A DNA stretch of 64,000 nt from Octopus sinensis. Taxonomy: Eukaryota. Shown here in pieces: positions 36,290 to 51,245 of the stretch. The stretch spans positions 20,584,001-20,648,000 of the forward strand of contig NC_043016.1 of NCBI RefSeq assembly GCF_006345805.1. The letters run 5' to 3'. How positions within the stretch are numbered: the first letter of the stretch is position 1; every line of letters begins with the position of its first letter. The translations under genes were made by a program, and so were the position numbers. The notes beneath the pieces are model-generated. The model did no database searches. It was not told the DNA's origin and was given only the letters and a program-made list of their open reading frames with translations.

Positions 36290-37670
36290 TGACATCCCTC
36301 CTCTCACACATTCACGACATCAATCATACTCTCCGTTTATTTAACTTTTTCTCCTTCCCTCCTGGCCCATCTCAAATTCTGTCCACTCTCGACATTAAAT
36401 TTCTGTACACAGTAATCCCGCACAACGAAGGTCATTTTGTGTTAAAACACTTCCTGGAACTTCATTCACACTTCTTCGTTTGGCCGAACTTGTCCTCTCT
36501 CTTGACTGCTTATCGTTTGCGGGTGAGTTTTACTAACAGATCTCGGGAGTGGCCATGAACGGAAATGGGCTCCAACTATGCGAACCTATTCATTGGCTAT
36601 GTTGAGGCCCAAATATCCTCACAGTTCATTAGTCCCACTCCTGAGCCATACGGTAGTTATATCGATGAGTACATGGGCGCGACCCCACTCTCTCATTAAC
36701 ATCTTGACTCCGTCCTCTCCTTCGTCCAGTCCTTCCATCTTGCCCTTGAATTCTCCTGCACTGTCTCCAACTCCGTCGAATTTCTTGACATTTCCGTTAG
36801 CATGCGCCACTACACTCTTACCATCTCAATCCGCTACAAGCACACAGAATCACACTTCCACTTTAACGTATTCTCCTCTTACCCTACCTACACCAAGCTC
36901 TTCATCCCTTACTCGTAGTTCATCCGTCTACGCAGGCTTTGCAGTGATGACGTGACTCATGGCTTGCTACTTCATCAACTCATGGCTTGCTACTTCATCC
37001 TACGTGGATATTCCCTCACCGTCCACACTTCCCTTGTCCGAGTACGATCCGTTGACTGTGCCTCTGCTGTCTCTTGTCACACCCGCCCCACCCTTACCTG
37101 CCTCATTTCCCCCTCATCTACCACCACTTCACCCTACCCTCTAACGCACCATTCTCTAAGCCTTCCGTCGACTCCAGGCTAAGTCCTCCACCATATACAT
37201 CTTCCCTAACCCACCCCTTCTCTCCATCAGATGTGCCCAAAACCTGTGTGACCTCCTGGTCCACAGTTCCTTCCCTACTCCTGGTTTCCAGCCTGACTCC
37301 TTCCCTTGTTCTCGCCCACGCTGTCGCACCCGTTCCTACCTATCCAACACCACTGTCCTAAATGTCAATTCACCGATTCTTTTACTTGCACTTCCAGTAA
37401 TGTTATCTAGTATATCTCCTGCTCGCTCTGTCCTTCCCTGTACATGAGTCAAACGGATGCCGCTTGGCCTACGTGTTGACTGAGCACCTCCGAGACATCA
37501 AACTCGGCAATGACACTCCAGTCTCGCACCATTTCCGCTCCAGCAGCAATTTCCTACAACATCTGTCTGTGTTCGGACTGTCTTTGCACAGAGGCCAGCT
37601 GAACTCCCGCCTTCGGCGTGAACAGGAATTATTCTTCTCCCTTCATTCCTTTGTAGCTTATAGACTTTAA
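36290..37670 (+). mobile_element. Penelope-like element remnant (RT and GIY-YIG)
   Basis: LDIKFLYTVIPH, GVAM..MGSNYANLF, YID, EFLDI, C.RPRCRT, SSNVI..ISC, EHLRDI motifs with frameshifts. Confidence 0.85.
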
Positions 37671-38415
37671 TTGCAACCTCTCTTCTCACACACCTCCCAC
37701 CTTCAACTGCTCCTCCTCCCCACCCCACACATACACACCGCCTAACTCGGTATCTTCATCTCACACACCACTACACAAACACTCATGCACACTGGTCAAC
37801 TCAGTACCCACATGACACACCATTACGCACACACCCACACATACTTTCCCACTCCATACATTACGACAATTAGAAATATTAAGAAATATAATCTAAAAAA
37901 GACTATTTTTGTATTCAACTATTGTTGACGTCACTGGATAACTAAAGAATAAAAAAATAAACAAGAATTATACGTTGGGATTATTTGAAACAGAGACTTT
38001 AAATCACAACAATTAGTTGTCTATTCATCAAATGTACTAAACATTTTAGAATTAACCTTATTATTTAATATATGAAAAGTTATTATAACTAAGAACTGAA
38101 ATATTTGTATGTCTTTCTAAATTTATGGCAACATCTTATTGTAAATTTCCCATTAAAATTTAATAAAATTAATTGAGAAGTGATTATATAATACATTTCT
38201 TGAAACCAGCGATCACATGGAGAATTACAAATATTGTACGATAGTGCATAGCTAATAATGGACCACTTTAAATCAATCTTTAATCTTTAATTTTTAATTA
38301 CTAATTATCAATTATTATATTTTATCCAGAAAAACTCATTAATTGAAGTATTATATTTATCCATAATTTATTTTCTCATTGCGTTTTTCCAAGAAAGATA
38401 GATGCTATTGAATTG

Positions 38416-38453
<38 letters not shown>

Positions 38454-38462
38454 ATCTATCTA

Positions 38463-38554
<92 letters not shown>

Positions 38555-39221
38555 TTACAGTTATATCGATATACATGAAATTATCATCTTAGACATGTAT
38601 AAAGTGCATTCTTATAAAACAACATTGATTTTTACACTATCGTTTCCAGGTTGTATGTCAGTGAGTTAATACATTAAAATTACATTAATATACATAGTCA
38701 CATCGATATTCATAAAAATTACAATCTTAGACATTCATGTAGTTTACAACAACATTATTTTATAAATCGACGTTGTTTGTTCATGTTCACAAGCTCATCC
38801 ATGTAATCATTCTCGACATCATCTACGACTTTTTAGCATTTTTTTATAAAGAGGATTTCTCAAATCCCATGAAAGAATTTTTAATCTTATGGTTACATGT
38901 TAAGATCATTTCTGAATGTCTATTAATTTGTTGCTCTCGTCTGAACACAAGTTACAGACTCGGGATTGTCCATCGTAAGGTTTAGTATTTCCCAATACAG
39001 ACTATTTTGTTGCATACTCCGTTCCGCTTCGTTTTAATTTCCAAATGAGACTCACTAATGAAGCGCAGCGACTCTCGCGGTCACTAGAAAAAGACGTCAT
39101 ATAGTTTCTTAAGCGGGTTTTCACATATTTTTGTACATCTGTGCGTAAAAAAATTATATATATATATTATATACACTCACAAATTTATATACTTATATAC
39201 ATGCATATATGATCAATATTT

Positions 39222-40044
39222 AATCAATAAGTGTCCGGACTGTTGCCATAGTAATGAAGCTAAAGCACGCAAATTGAAGCCACTTGGCACAGATCGACCT
39301 TGAACGCTGCTGTGCATACGCAGTAACTTTTAACATTCTACCTCACTTCCGCTGTTTACAGTAGTGGTTGGAAGGAAGGTGTGTAGCGTGTGTAGCATTG
39401 ACCACGACAGAGAAAATTGTGCAGAGAATCTGCATCAAATTTAGCCAAAACCTTGGCGATACCTGCTCAGAGGCCTATACAAAGTTTTCAAAAACTTTTC
39501 ATCGTTTTCGACCCAATCAAGGAGATCTTGTGCAACTGAATCCCGAGTATGTTTTTGGTCAGCTGAAAGCAGTTTTGGCACAAACTTGGCAGACACGTGT
39601 CTCATACTCAAATCTTCAGTGAAAATGGGCTGAATTAAACCGTAACTAATCTGCACATCCTCTGATAACTCATGGTTGGTGAACCGACAATTTCCCCTCA
39701 CAGTTGCATGCACATATGTGATGTTTTTTTTCTCCCAGAACGTTTGTCAATATCGACATTTCTTCAGCCATCTTGGAAACGTCCGAATCACTCGTACACT
39801 CTCTGCAACTTTGCATAGGCCTCTGAGCAGGTATCGCCATGACAACTTTCTCTGTCATGGTCAATGCGATGATCACACGCTACACACCTTCCTACCAAGC
39901 ACTGCTTTAAACAACAGAAGTGAGCTAGACGTTAAAACTTAGTGCGCATGCATAGCAGAGTTCAAAGTCAATCTATGCCAAGCGGCTTTACTCTGCGTAC
40001 TTTAGCTTCCTTACTATGGCAACAGTCTGGATACTTATTGATCA
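39222..40044. mobile_element. Mariner-derived fold-back element (two 5' ends facing each other)
   Basis: ~250-bp inverted arms; internal VSAKFVPKLL on the minus strand. Confidence 0.8.
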
Positions 40045-40189
40045 GATATTGAACACGTATATATATAAAGATATTTATGGGTGGTCTTGGGGGGGGGGTT
40101 ACCATAGACCGGCCCTCACTATCTTTATATAGATACTCCAATACTCTATAACTCAGAGTGTGCTTCTGTTTCGGATTAATGATTTACTG

Positions 40190-40235
<46 letters not shown>

Positions 40236-40279
40236 ATATAATATATATATATGTATGTATGTATGTATGTATATATATC

Positions 40280-40398
40280 ACGTGATCATGTGACCGACCA
40301 GGCTATCAGATGTTGCTACACATCGCTGGTCACAATGAGCTTCGTACTGTTTTAGCCTTCAAATGACGCCACCCCGCTGGCTAAGCGAGCAAGGCCAT
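40280..40398 (+). mobile_element. Probable SINE 3' tail fragment
   Basis: GC-richer island between microsatellites, resembling an Octopus SINE tail from memory; single copy here. Confidence 0.4.
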
Positions 40399-40558
40399 GT
40401 ATATATAAAAACACACCACACACACACATATATATAATATATACACATATATAGTATATAATATATAACATATATATACATATATATATGCATATATATA
40501 TATATATACATATAATACAAATATACATGCATATTATATATATATATATATAATATAA

Positions 40559-40609
<51 letters not shown>

Positions 40610-40674
40610 GTATATATATATGTATACATATATATGTTATATATATATTATGTATATATATATATATATATATA

Positions 40675-41963
40675 CGAGGGGCGTTCAATAAGTAATGCCC
40701 TGACCCACTTCCCATAGCAGTAGAGCAACGAAACTTGGCACAGTTATTAGTCTTTTTCTACATAGGAACCACTCAGAGGTACGCATTTCTCCCATCGTTT
40801 GATTGCAGCTCTGGAGACCATTTTTGTAGAAGACCCCAGCTTGTTCCTCCAACCACGACGTGACTTCAGAAATCAAGGCTGCATACTCGGGGAAACGCGT
40901 TCCTTTCAAAAACAACTTAATGGCTGGGAAGAGTGAAAGGAAAATGAGGGTGCAAGGTCAGGAGAGTATGAGGGATGGGGGAGGAGTTCATAGCCGCACG
41001 CCTGTGCTTCTGATCTGGCGACAAGCGAGTTGTGGACCGGAGCGTTGTCCTGCAAGAGGAGGATGCTTTGCTGATCTTGCCCCGCCTCTTGATTTTGATA
41101 GCTTCTCTTAATTTCCTCAAAAGTGAAGCATAATAGGCTCCTGTAATTGGGTACCCTTTGCCAGGAAATCTGTCATCACTACTCCGTCCTGGTCCCAGAA
41201 GACTGTGAGCATGGCCTATCCAGGGAGGGCTGCACCCTTGCCTTCTTTGGAGGAGGTGAGTCACGGTGCTTCCACTGCATTGACTGGGCTTTGTCTCTGG
41301 ATCATAGTGATGGACCCAGGTTTCATCCTGTGTAATCAGTCTTTTGAAAAATTTTGACTCATCTTCTTGGCCATCTCCAAATCACCCTCGAGCACTCGAC
41401 GCATTCTTGCTTCTGGAAAGGTGTGAGCAACCTGGAAATCCATCTGGCAGACACCTTTTGCATATGCAAATGGTCATGAATGATAGTTTCCACAGACCAG
41501 GTACTAATCTTGACCTCATGGGCTATTTGGCGATTAGTTATGCGTCGATCTTCCAAAATGGCAGCCTTAACTTGACGGACATATGCCTCATCAATGGCAG
41601 AAGGGGGGCGACCAGATCTGGGAGCTGTTTCCACAGAGTTCCGACCATGTTTGAATTCACGATGCCAGCGTTTTACAAGGTCATATGATGGGGCATCATC
41701 ACCATAAGTTACTTTCATTTCATCAAAAGTCTCTCATGGTGTGCGTCCTTTCAATTACAAAAACCAGATCACTGCTCGACACTCAACAGGCTTCATTTCA
41801 CACTTGACTCAGTTCAAACACCTGTAAATCAGAAACCACAGTTAGTTCAGAGCTGTAATTTTCCACTCAATCTATAGAGATATAAATAATTACACATGCA
41901 AAATTACAGCTAGATCAAACAACTGCAAGTAGGTTAGAGGTATTACTTATTGAACGTCCCTCG
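40675..41963 (-). mobile_element. Full-length mariner, ~1.29 kb, transposase frameshifted
   Basis: TIR CGAGGGGCGTTCAATAAGTAAT; TA TSDs; VSARWISRLL and YYASLLRKLREAI motifs. Confidence 0.92.
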
Positions 41964-43379
41964 TAAATATAAATATGTTTATGTGTATATGCATATGCGT
42001 ACATATATAAATAAATTAATATATATATATATGTGTGTGTGTTTGTGTGTGTGTACGTGTGTGTGTGTATGCACTCATGTGTGCATATAAGTGTATATAT
42101 ATGTATGTGTATGTATTTGTGTTTGCACGTACAGCTACACAATTATAAATGCGCGCATGAGATATATTCCTTCATTTGAAACATGCGATGATTATAGTCT
42201 CTAGCTTTTTTTTTACTTTTGCGTGTTGCTTGTTTAACGGCTTCAAATATTTCATATTGCACAAAAATTTATAGCTACAAAAATCTGATTTAATGATACC
42301 TCTTTGCTTCCAATTAATTCTTCAGATGCGAGTAAAAATTCGATTCTTTTTGGAACCATAAACAAACGGTGGAACTTCGATTGCACCTGGCGGGGTATTT
42401 TTTATATGCGCCTGGAAAAAAGTTATTCTCCATCCCGTAGTTACGTTACTTGTGAGTGGCCGTGATTAACTAACTCATCACTCGTGAAGTTGTGCCCTCT
42501 AGTAGATAGGAATGAAGTGTTGGTGTTGCCACATTAGTGTTTGTCCCCGTGAAGGGTTAACGGAGCGCAAAAGGGTGGTCATAATAGTTTGTCGGCTGCC
42601 ACCACATATACACGTACAGAAACATACACATACGCATTCGCACTCATGCATGCACACTCACGAATGGACGCACGCACACATACTCACCCCCACACACATG
42701 CTATGGGCCCCTGACATTTTGATGGAGCCGTAAGGGTGTCGTGGTGACAGCGTATCTTGGGCATTTTATACTTGTTTGAGCCCGTCCCTCTCCAGCCGAT
42801 TTCTTTTAGAACAGAGAAAGACAAACAGTCAAAAGAAAGAGTTAGAGAAACGGAAGAAACCAAGACTTATGCTTTATTTATCGACCCCGAAAGGCTGAAA
42901 GGTAAAGTTGATTTCAGCGGCATTTTCATCTTTCTGCTCTCATAACATGTATTATTTCGTTTTGTCAATGATCAATTGGAAAAAAATATGATTAATGCTG
43001 GGAAAAGCCAGAAGGGGAATCTGGCCAAAAATAATTAAGATGTAGGTTTCTTCCTTGCCAAGCAAAACCTCACCAGTTTGAATGAACTTCCTCAGTAAAA
43101 TATTAAAGAATTACTAATTGACAAATTAAATTGGACGTGTTTTCTCATTATTGTCTTAAAGATGATTGCCACTTATGATTTGCTAAACTAATTATACGAA
43201 TTAATTAGTTTTATTATTTAAGTAACATTCAAATATTGCTTCCAACATAGATATTTTAAGAAAACCAACTATGGATTCGAATCCAAGAGAAGGGCTTTGA
43301 CTTAAGTTCTTCAGTTCTTTAATCTGAGTAGTAAAAAAACTTTTTAAAATCTAAAACTTCTGAACATAATCACTGTTCA

Positions 43380-43447
<68 letters not shown>

Positions 43448-43547
43448 AGGAGATAAGAGAGAGCAAGAGAGAGAGAGAGCGAGAGAGAGAAAGAGGGAGA
43501 ATGAGAGAGAAAGAGAGAGAGGGTGTGGTGTGTATGTTTGTGTGTGT

Positions 43548-43597
<50 letters not shown>

Positions 43598-45353
43598 TGT
43601 GTGTGGGTGTGTGAGAGAGAGAGAGAGAGAATGGTTTTTACTGGTATCCGAAATCATCGGTGAAATTAAAAATTTTCATATTATGTTTTTGGTAAAGTAG
43701 ACAATGATAAAAATATACACATCAGTCGAAAATTAAATTATAGAGCAATATATTTATAAAAATGGCTTTTTAAAATAGTTAATATTATCCTTATAAGAAA
43801 TATTGATTACTGAAGGATTATAAAATATTACTTGTACAGAAAAACAGGTAACAAAAAAAACGACAAAAAAAAACCCAAAAAAAAACCCAAACAAAACGCA
43901 AACTAACCTGTTCTCTTCAAATATTTTAATTACAAATTGTATAAGTTTTAGTGTAAAGCAACAAAAATGTATTATTTGTTAATTGAAACTTTATCACATA
44001 AAATATTTTCAACTGTAAAACTTGGAAATGAATTTGGAATAACAATTTCAATAGTTTGACGGTTGACTCACTAAACATCCGATTCGAATTCATACCTTGC
44101 AAAAAAGTTAGTCATATTCTTTGAACTAAGTGGCACTAATTTAGGCTTTAGTTCATTTAATGATACTATTATGTAGTCCCATTGTTTTCTGCATTTGCTG
44201 TTTGTTTTTCAGAAAGTCACTTTTACAAATTTTCCCGTTCTGCGATATAGAAAAATTTGTATCAACACACAAACTTTATTTCGTTTTCTTATTATCTTTG
44301 AGATGGCCTCATAAAAAAAGCCTTAATTATATTTATTTAGACCATTAGTAGTAATTACCATTAAAATACTAGGAAAGCATTCACATTCTAGCAATTTCTT
44401 ATAGATTTATGTGAATACAGCAAATTTAAACACAGATAAACGTTTGCATTTGAATAATTTAGTCGACAGAGGTAGGTAGATATTAAAAACAGAAATGCAT
44501 TTGAACTGTTGAGCTTTGGGAAGTAAACAATACTTGGTTGATTTGAATTCTGATAATTACAAAGAAATCAGACAGGATATATGTCTACTATTTACGTATA
44601 ATAGCGTAATGACATCGACGAAACTGCACAGAAATTGCCTGTTCTAATATCATTATCTCTTAAATTGAGCACAGCATTTGCGTGTGAAACATAACTATCT
44701 AATGTTGCTATTAATGTCACCAGGTGACCTGGACACAACTACCGGACGGAATGTATTCTCTTTTGAATTGAGAACTAAATGGCTTCAAAGGACATTCACA
44801 AGACACAATTGTTCTGGATATATTATTGCAGAGAAAGGTGAGGTTAATGTAGATAAACAAGTCTAATGGTTTCAGTTCTTCTGTTTAAATAGCTACATTG
44901 AGAACCATCATATTTTGATGAGGAACATATCAACAGTCGTCGTCATTGAATAAGTGAGCGTTTTCACGAAGCAATTCGAGGAATATTAAAGAATTCACAA
45001 ATGAATGAAAATGGTTTTTGTTGCAGAAAAAATTGTTCTTAATTGCTTTCGAGCGTCACAGCAATTTATGGTTAATTGCTGCACTAATGGCTTTGGTGTC
45101 ACTGATAGTAGAAGTAGCATTTGTGATGATAGTTTTGAGTCAGATATGAAATATATCTTTCGGTTTATTTCAAAGAGACGCCATACCATTTTCTGTGTGA
45201 ACCTATTTCACTCTTAAATGATTATTTCTATTATTCCATTATCACTGAAGAAATCGTCTAATTGGAACTTTATGAAGTTTAATGTAAGTTCACGTAAACA
45301 TTTTCGTTTAGGCTGATATCTGATATCCGCTTTGTTGTTATTGCTATATATAT

Positions 45354-45422
<69 letters not shown>

Positions 45423-45517
45423 GTATATCAATATTCTTTTATTTTGTTTCGACTGCGGCCATACAAACGTACGTACATACATACATACATACATACATAC
45501 ATACATACATACATACA

Positions 45518-45550
<33 letters not shown>

Positions 45551-46020
45551 GTGCATGTATAATTGTGTGTGTGTGTGTAAAACAACAATAAGAATGTTAT
45601 TTAAAATTATTGATATGTAACTAATCACGGCAGAGAATGCAAACCTAATATTTGTCAGCGAAACCGAATATGCGCGTCGTTTCAATTCCTGTTGTTAGCT
45701 GCTAAACTTAATTCCCCATATCTTAAAAAGAGATTTCCTGTTTCCCACGAAATTGGTCGAAACAAATTCGGTAAGGATTCTTTTATGGGTTGAGTTAAAA
45801 CGGATTTATATATGGTAGCTTTTTTTTTTTTTTATATGAACAATATATTCTAAATCTGAATACCTAAAAACATTGTTGGTTCTAGCAATGAAATATTTAA
45901 TGTGATATATTACTTCATTTTGATAATAAAATAAATGGAAAGTTTTTATCTGTTCGTCACCCCTCAAACACATACACGGATGTGCATGCCTTATGTGGAC
46001 AAAGATATTACTCTTTACTA

Positions 46021-46420
46021 TTTTACTTGTTTCAGTCATTTGACTGCGGCCATGCTGGAGCACCGCCTTTAATCGAGCAACTCGACCCCGGGACTTATTC
46101 TTTTGTAAGCCCAGTACTTATTCTATCGGTCTCTTTTTGCCGAACCGCTAAGTAACGGGGGACATAAACACACCAGCATCGGTTGTCAATCAATGCTAGG
46201 GGGACAAACACAGACACACAAACACACACACGCATATATGTATATATACATATATACGATGGGGCTTCTTTCAGTTTCCGTCTACCAAATCCACTCACCA
46301 GGCTTTGGTCGGCCCGGGGCTATAGCAGAAGACACTTGCCCAAGATGCCACGCAGTGGGACTGAACCCGGAACCATGTGGTTGGTAAACAAACTACTTAC
46401 CACACAGCCTCTCCTGCGCC
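46021..46420 (-). mobile_element. tRNA-derived SINE, family 2 (OR-like, head GGCGCAGGAGTGGCTGTGTGGTAAG)
   Basis: Multiple copies; B-box GGTTCAGTCCC; internal microsatellite. Confidence 0.88.
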
Positions 46421-47428
46421 TATATGTAAACTTTCAAATTGGGTGTAAATAAATATTTGTTGAACTTGTGTTTTTTCCTATAATATAGCAGCAATAGCAT
46501 TATTTCAGTAAGATGTATTAACTAGATTTCATGAAAGTTTTAATTATTAAGTTTTAATTATTAAGATGAAATATCTATGTTGCTTATGTTGATGATATAA
46601 GCCTAACGTGCCATTCAGATTAATACTTCTAATAGACCATTGGACATATAGGACATTTTTGAAAGATTTCAAACCAAGCTCCCAGTCTGAGGAGAACAGT
46701 CTCTTGGCATAATGTAGTGCCAATTATCCACAAAGGGTACGAGTGAAAAATATTTATTTGTCTAGGTAAGAAACTAGAGGAAACAAAGATCCAAATCCAC
46801 GAGTACCGCCTCAAGTGGTTGCTCTATCAGCTACTACATAATCTCATATTACCCTCCCCCTTCCTGCTGTGAAGGGTTTCGTTAGCTGATTGAAGGCCAC
46901 GGATTTTTGACAAGATTACTTATTGACGAGATGGTTAATTGCAGCAAATCATTTAAAATAGTTTCATCCGAAAAGTAATCAATCCGTTGGGTATTTATCT
47001 TTCATTTACTCTTTCTATATTTCTTCAAAAATCTTGTCCGAAAAATTAATGTACGGTTCAACTTGAGGACCATAGCCCTATTGCTCTCTTATCATCTGCA
47101 ATATTCTTGTAATACAACAATCTTTAACACCCAAGTTTTATATTAAACACATTCATAACATTTATACTATAACTACTGCATGTCTAACCCTGGTCTAACC
47201 CTAGTTGCTTGATTTTTTGAAGCTAAAACAATAACCTCAGACTGTATCATAGATCTTTTATATTAATAAGTGAAAAACTTTCACTTATATAAACACGTAT
47301 ACCACAAATAAATAATTAATTTTTAATAATTCCTTTTTTTAAGCAATGACAACTAAATTTCTCCCAAATCTTTCCTTACTATCTTAATTAAGAAATATGC
47401 ATTATATGCCGTAGGTCAAAATATACAA

Positions 47429-48030
47429 TCTATATATATAGAATTGTAAAATTGTGTGTGTGTGTGTCCTCCATGCACGGTCAAAACGCTGGATTAATCT
47501 GTTCCAAATTTGGCAAGAAAGTTTTTCATTACTCGGGGGAGGTTCTAGGGGATCAAATTTTGGCCCTTTTCCATATAGAGAGCTGTAGCATCTTCAACCC
47601 CAGTATACGACCTTCCGATTTTTTTCAGCGGATTCCTATGTTTTCGATGACGGAAACTCCGAATATGCAAAAAACCATGTTTTCAAAATTTTAAATTTCC
47701 CTCTCCTCCAATTTTAAATTTTTACGTAGATTAAGAATTAGGATAAAAAAAATTTTAATTTCAAATTTTCTATGAAGGACTCCAAAATTGATCCATACGT
47801 CCCTCGCCACGCCATGTCGTTGTCAAAAAGTGAAAATGAACTACTAAAAGTAACAGCTAAATATCTGGAAAATTTCTGTGTTTGTATGTGCGCGTGCGCA
47901 GCAATTTCTCCAGCTTATGCGAATGAACAGAGAAAGTAAACAGAAATTCCTCCTTTTCGCCTTCGGCCCAGTGCGTCCATGCTGCCAACAAAGCACGCGG
48001 AATTCTGTTCTTGATTCGACGGTCATTCGG
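47429..48030 (+). mobile_element. Helitron-like 5' segment
   Basis: A|TCTATATATATA...TTGTGTGTG start, as in the other Helitrons here. Confidence 0.45.
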
Positions 48031-48034
48031 AATG

Positions 48035-48605
48035 CTCAAGCAGCCATATTCCTACCACTCTATGTCACGCTGGTGAGACCCATATTGGAGTATGGGATTC
48101 AAGCCTCTTCCCCTTATCTCCTCAAAGACATACAGCATCTCGAAAGAGTCCAGAAGCTGGCTACCCGCATGGTTCATGGTCTCAAAAATTTGTCCTACGA
48201 AGAAAGGCTGAGGACGCTCGACCTTTATTCTCTTGAAAATCGACGACGCCGTGGTGATCTCATTCTCGCTCACAACATCATAAGCGGAAAGTGTAACCTC
48301 TCGAAAGAGCTATTTTTCACTCCTGCTCCTGAGCGTGGGCTTGCGGGGTCACTCCGAAAAGCTCTATCTACGACGATTTCATCTCAATCGAAGGAGAGGG
48401 GCTTTCTCCGTCCGGGTTGCGGATCTGTGGAATAAGCTGCCGGACGAGATTGCGAAGATGCCGACGACCGCTCGGTTCAAAGTCTCTCTTGACCAGAAAT
48501 GGCCTGAACTCTTTGTATGACCACCCTCTCTGTACATAACTCCCTGTCCCCCCACATGGCTTTGCTTTTGCTTTTTGAGCCAATAAAAATTGAATTGAAT
48601 TGAAA
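48035..48605 (+). mobile_element. 5'-truncated CR1-type LINE
   Basis: LYVTLVRPILEY...LERVQKLAT...RRRRGDLI...WNKLP; (TTGAA)n tail. Confidence 0.88.
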
Positions 48606-49824
48606 AAAAAAAAATTCCTTTTGCAAAAGAGAGTGTGGCGTTTTCTCTCTTTTTCAATATTTAATTAGAAGATAGAATATGTTGTTACCAAAAACGTTAA
48701 ACCTTTACTAACTTGATCGATCTGTCACTGAACCAGGATTTTAATATCATTTGATACACACTTTGCTATCATCTCTATGGAGAATTGCAAACATGGCATA
48801 TAAAAATAACTTGTCTTAATAGATTTTTTATGAGTACATTTCCGTAAATGTTTTTCTTGTGACTACCCCCACTACCGACTCCTGCACATATACGCACGCG
48901 GATACACATGGACGAAGTCTCATTTTGGAATAAAGAATACAAACATAGGTGCTGAGCCAGTGACTAAACTTGTATCTTGTTGGAATTAGTCCAATGAATT
49001 GACAGTAAGGTATGTAAGAAGTACTTTTCTGTAACAAAATTTCTGTGTACGGTCCTGTCGCGCGCGCATTCACACCAACGCGTTCACACAAAGGTTGGCT
49101 GCTGATAAAACATAATTGTGATTGGATAAAAAGTCAGTAAATGTTTAGAATAACACCATACTCACTAAATACTAACCCTAAACCCTAAATTCGCTTATAG
49201 CTGGTTGCAGGGTCACTAAGACCCTGCAACCCAAACGGTCGCAGGGAGCCCCCGCGAAGAACTGGAATTACTATAATGTAAAACTTATGTAACTTTCAGA
49301 TGAAAAAGAAACAGTAAGTTCTCTAAATAACGAAAGGTCTTCATACGGACGCATGCCCAGTGGTCATTCATTCATTCGGTTCTTTAGGCAATATACATTG
49401 TAGGATATCTTTCAATTTATGCGATAAACTTTATAAATTTTAAAGTTCATTATTCCTGTGACATACGTTAAAGATATGAGTTATTCAAATAATTCTTCGT
49501 GGAATGGACCTAATAAAATTAGCTAGAGTCCACTTGATATTTCATATTTAAATCTGATGTGACTCATTCTACTTGGATAGGGATTAGAAAATATTATATC
49601 TTGATAAACTTCCAATACATATTTCGGATATCTTTGGAATAATCGCCTTTTAAACTTGGATATGGATTGAAAAATATCATATGCTAACTTATATTACCTA
49701 TTTTAAATATTTTTAGAGCAACTCGATTTATTAAGACTGGATATTTTTATTTTAAAACAGATGTGAGTAATTATACTTGGACAGAGATTTAAAAATATTG
49801 TACGCTGATAACTAACATTACATA

Positions 49825-50435
49825 CTAGCCGGCAAAATATGCGGGGGGGGCGACACCTCACTTGCCAGAGGGGGATGCGGCCCTTCTATACTCTTCCCAA
49901 CACCTTTCTCAATTATCCAACCGGGTAAAAGGGAAGGGGGTTGAGAAACCTCTCCCCTACCCTTCCAACTTCTCCCCCTCTCTCGAGCATCCCCCTTAAC
50001 CCTCCTACTACTCACCCGCCATAAAGGTCTAAAGGTTGTACATGTTCATACTAGAAACTGGAAAGGGTAGAGGCGATGTCATGCACCCTACACGAGCCGA
50101 GCTAACGTTGCACCCTACACCAGGCCGAGTCAGCACTCTCCATTTTCCCATCTAAATCTACACATTTTAATCCACGTTTGACTCGCTTGTTACAGGTAGA
50201 GTAATATTTATGAAGAAAATATTCCTGATATTTAATTAATCAACAATTTGTATCTCGCCAGTCAGAAGTCCGATAGTAACCGGACTGTGCTAAGAACATT
50301 TCTTGCTACGTTACCTTGCCTATGATCTATATTGGTTTAATTTGGTCCATTGATTTGGTCAGCAGAGGAAGACATACGCGTGCGTGCGCGCACACACACA
50401 CACATACATAGGGCCGAGATAGTTATTTGTATAGA
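49825..50435 (-). mobile_element. Putative non-autonomous Helitron
   Basis: CTAG|T 3' end and A|TCTATAC 5' end on the minus strand. Confidence 0.4.
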
Positions 50436-50562
50436 TTTTAGATATTCTTGGAACACTTCAACGCAATGTAAGCGGGATGAGCTGTAGCACAACAATTAAA
50501 TTAAGTTTAGTAAGGTCAGTATATCCAATAGTAGTTGTAACATCATACTTTCCATTTCAAGA

Positions 50563-51245
50563 ATGCCACCCAAGAAGGGTGCTGGGCTGTCACAGAAGAC
50601 CTCTGGTGTAAAGCACAAAGGCAGCTGCATGCCTTAGTGAGTTAGAGAAAGAACGAAATCAGAGGATGTCACAAAACCAAGCAAGGATGGCAACTGCTCA
50701 GCAAATGGAATCTTCAGAGCATTGTACTTAGCAGTTAGCACAAAACCAAGCAAGGATGGTAACTGCTTGGCAAATGGAATCCTCAGAGCATCGTGATGAG
50801 AGGCTAGCACAAAACCAAGCGAGGATGGTGACTGCTCGGCAAATGGAGTCTGCGGGTCATCGTGCTGAGAGGCTAGACCAAGACAACACAATCTTCCAGT
50901 TTTTCTCAGTCACATGCTGCTTTCTCTTATGATCCTTCAAAAAGTTACAACAATCATTCAGTAGCATTGGTTTAGGAACTCTCTGTTTGTGTTCCCACTG
51001 TGGTGCGAAGAAATTTCCTGCTGAAACTTCTGATATGTACTGTTCCAATGGCAAAATGAGGCTGCCCTTGGTACAACCTCCTTCACACTCTCTTAAAGAT
51101 CTATTTGAAGCTAATGTACCCAATTCAAGAGGATTTCTAGACAACATCCGACAGTACAACCCAGCCTTTCAAACGACCTCCATTGGAGCAAATAAGAAAG
51201 CTGCGGAGCCTGGATTTATGCCTAATTTTAAAGTGCAAGAACACT
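50563..51245 (+). pseudogene. Helitron Rep/helicase N-terminal remnant with 69-bp tandem repeats
   Basis: CSHCGAKKF..E...CSNGK..LP...FLDNIRQYNPAFQTTSIG...GFMPNFKVQ; repeat starts at 50671, 50740 and 50809. Confidence 0.8.

Noticed and set aside
44500-47170. Possible second gene or RT (short ORFs; YVDD near 46585)
   Set aside because: No recognisable family, stops in all frames and no consistent splice pattern; at most very old TE debris.
47878-48435. 185-aa ORF as a host gene
   Set aside because: It is a CR1 ORF2 C-terminal fragment with a fortuitous upstream extension.
50660-50885. CRISPR-like periodic repeat
   Set aside because: It is a 69-bp coding tandem repeat without unique spacers, inside a Helitron remnant in eukaryotic DNA with no cas genes.
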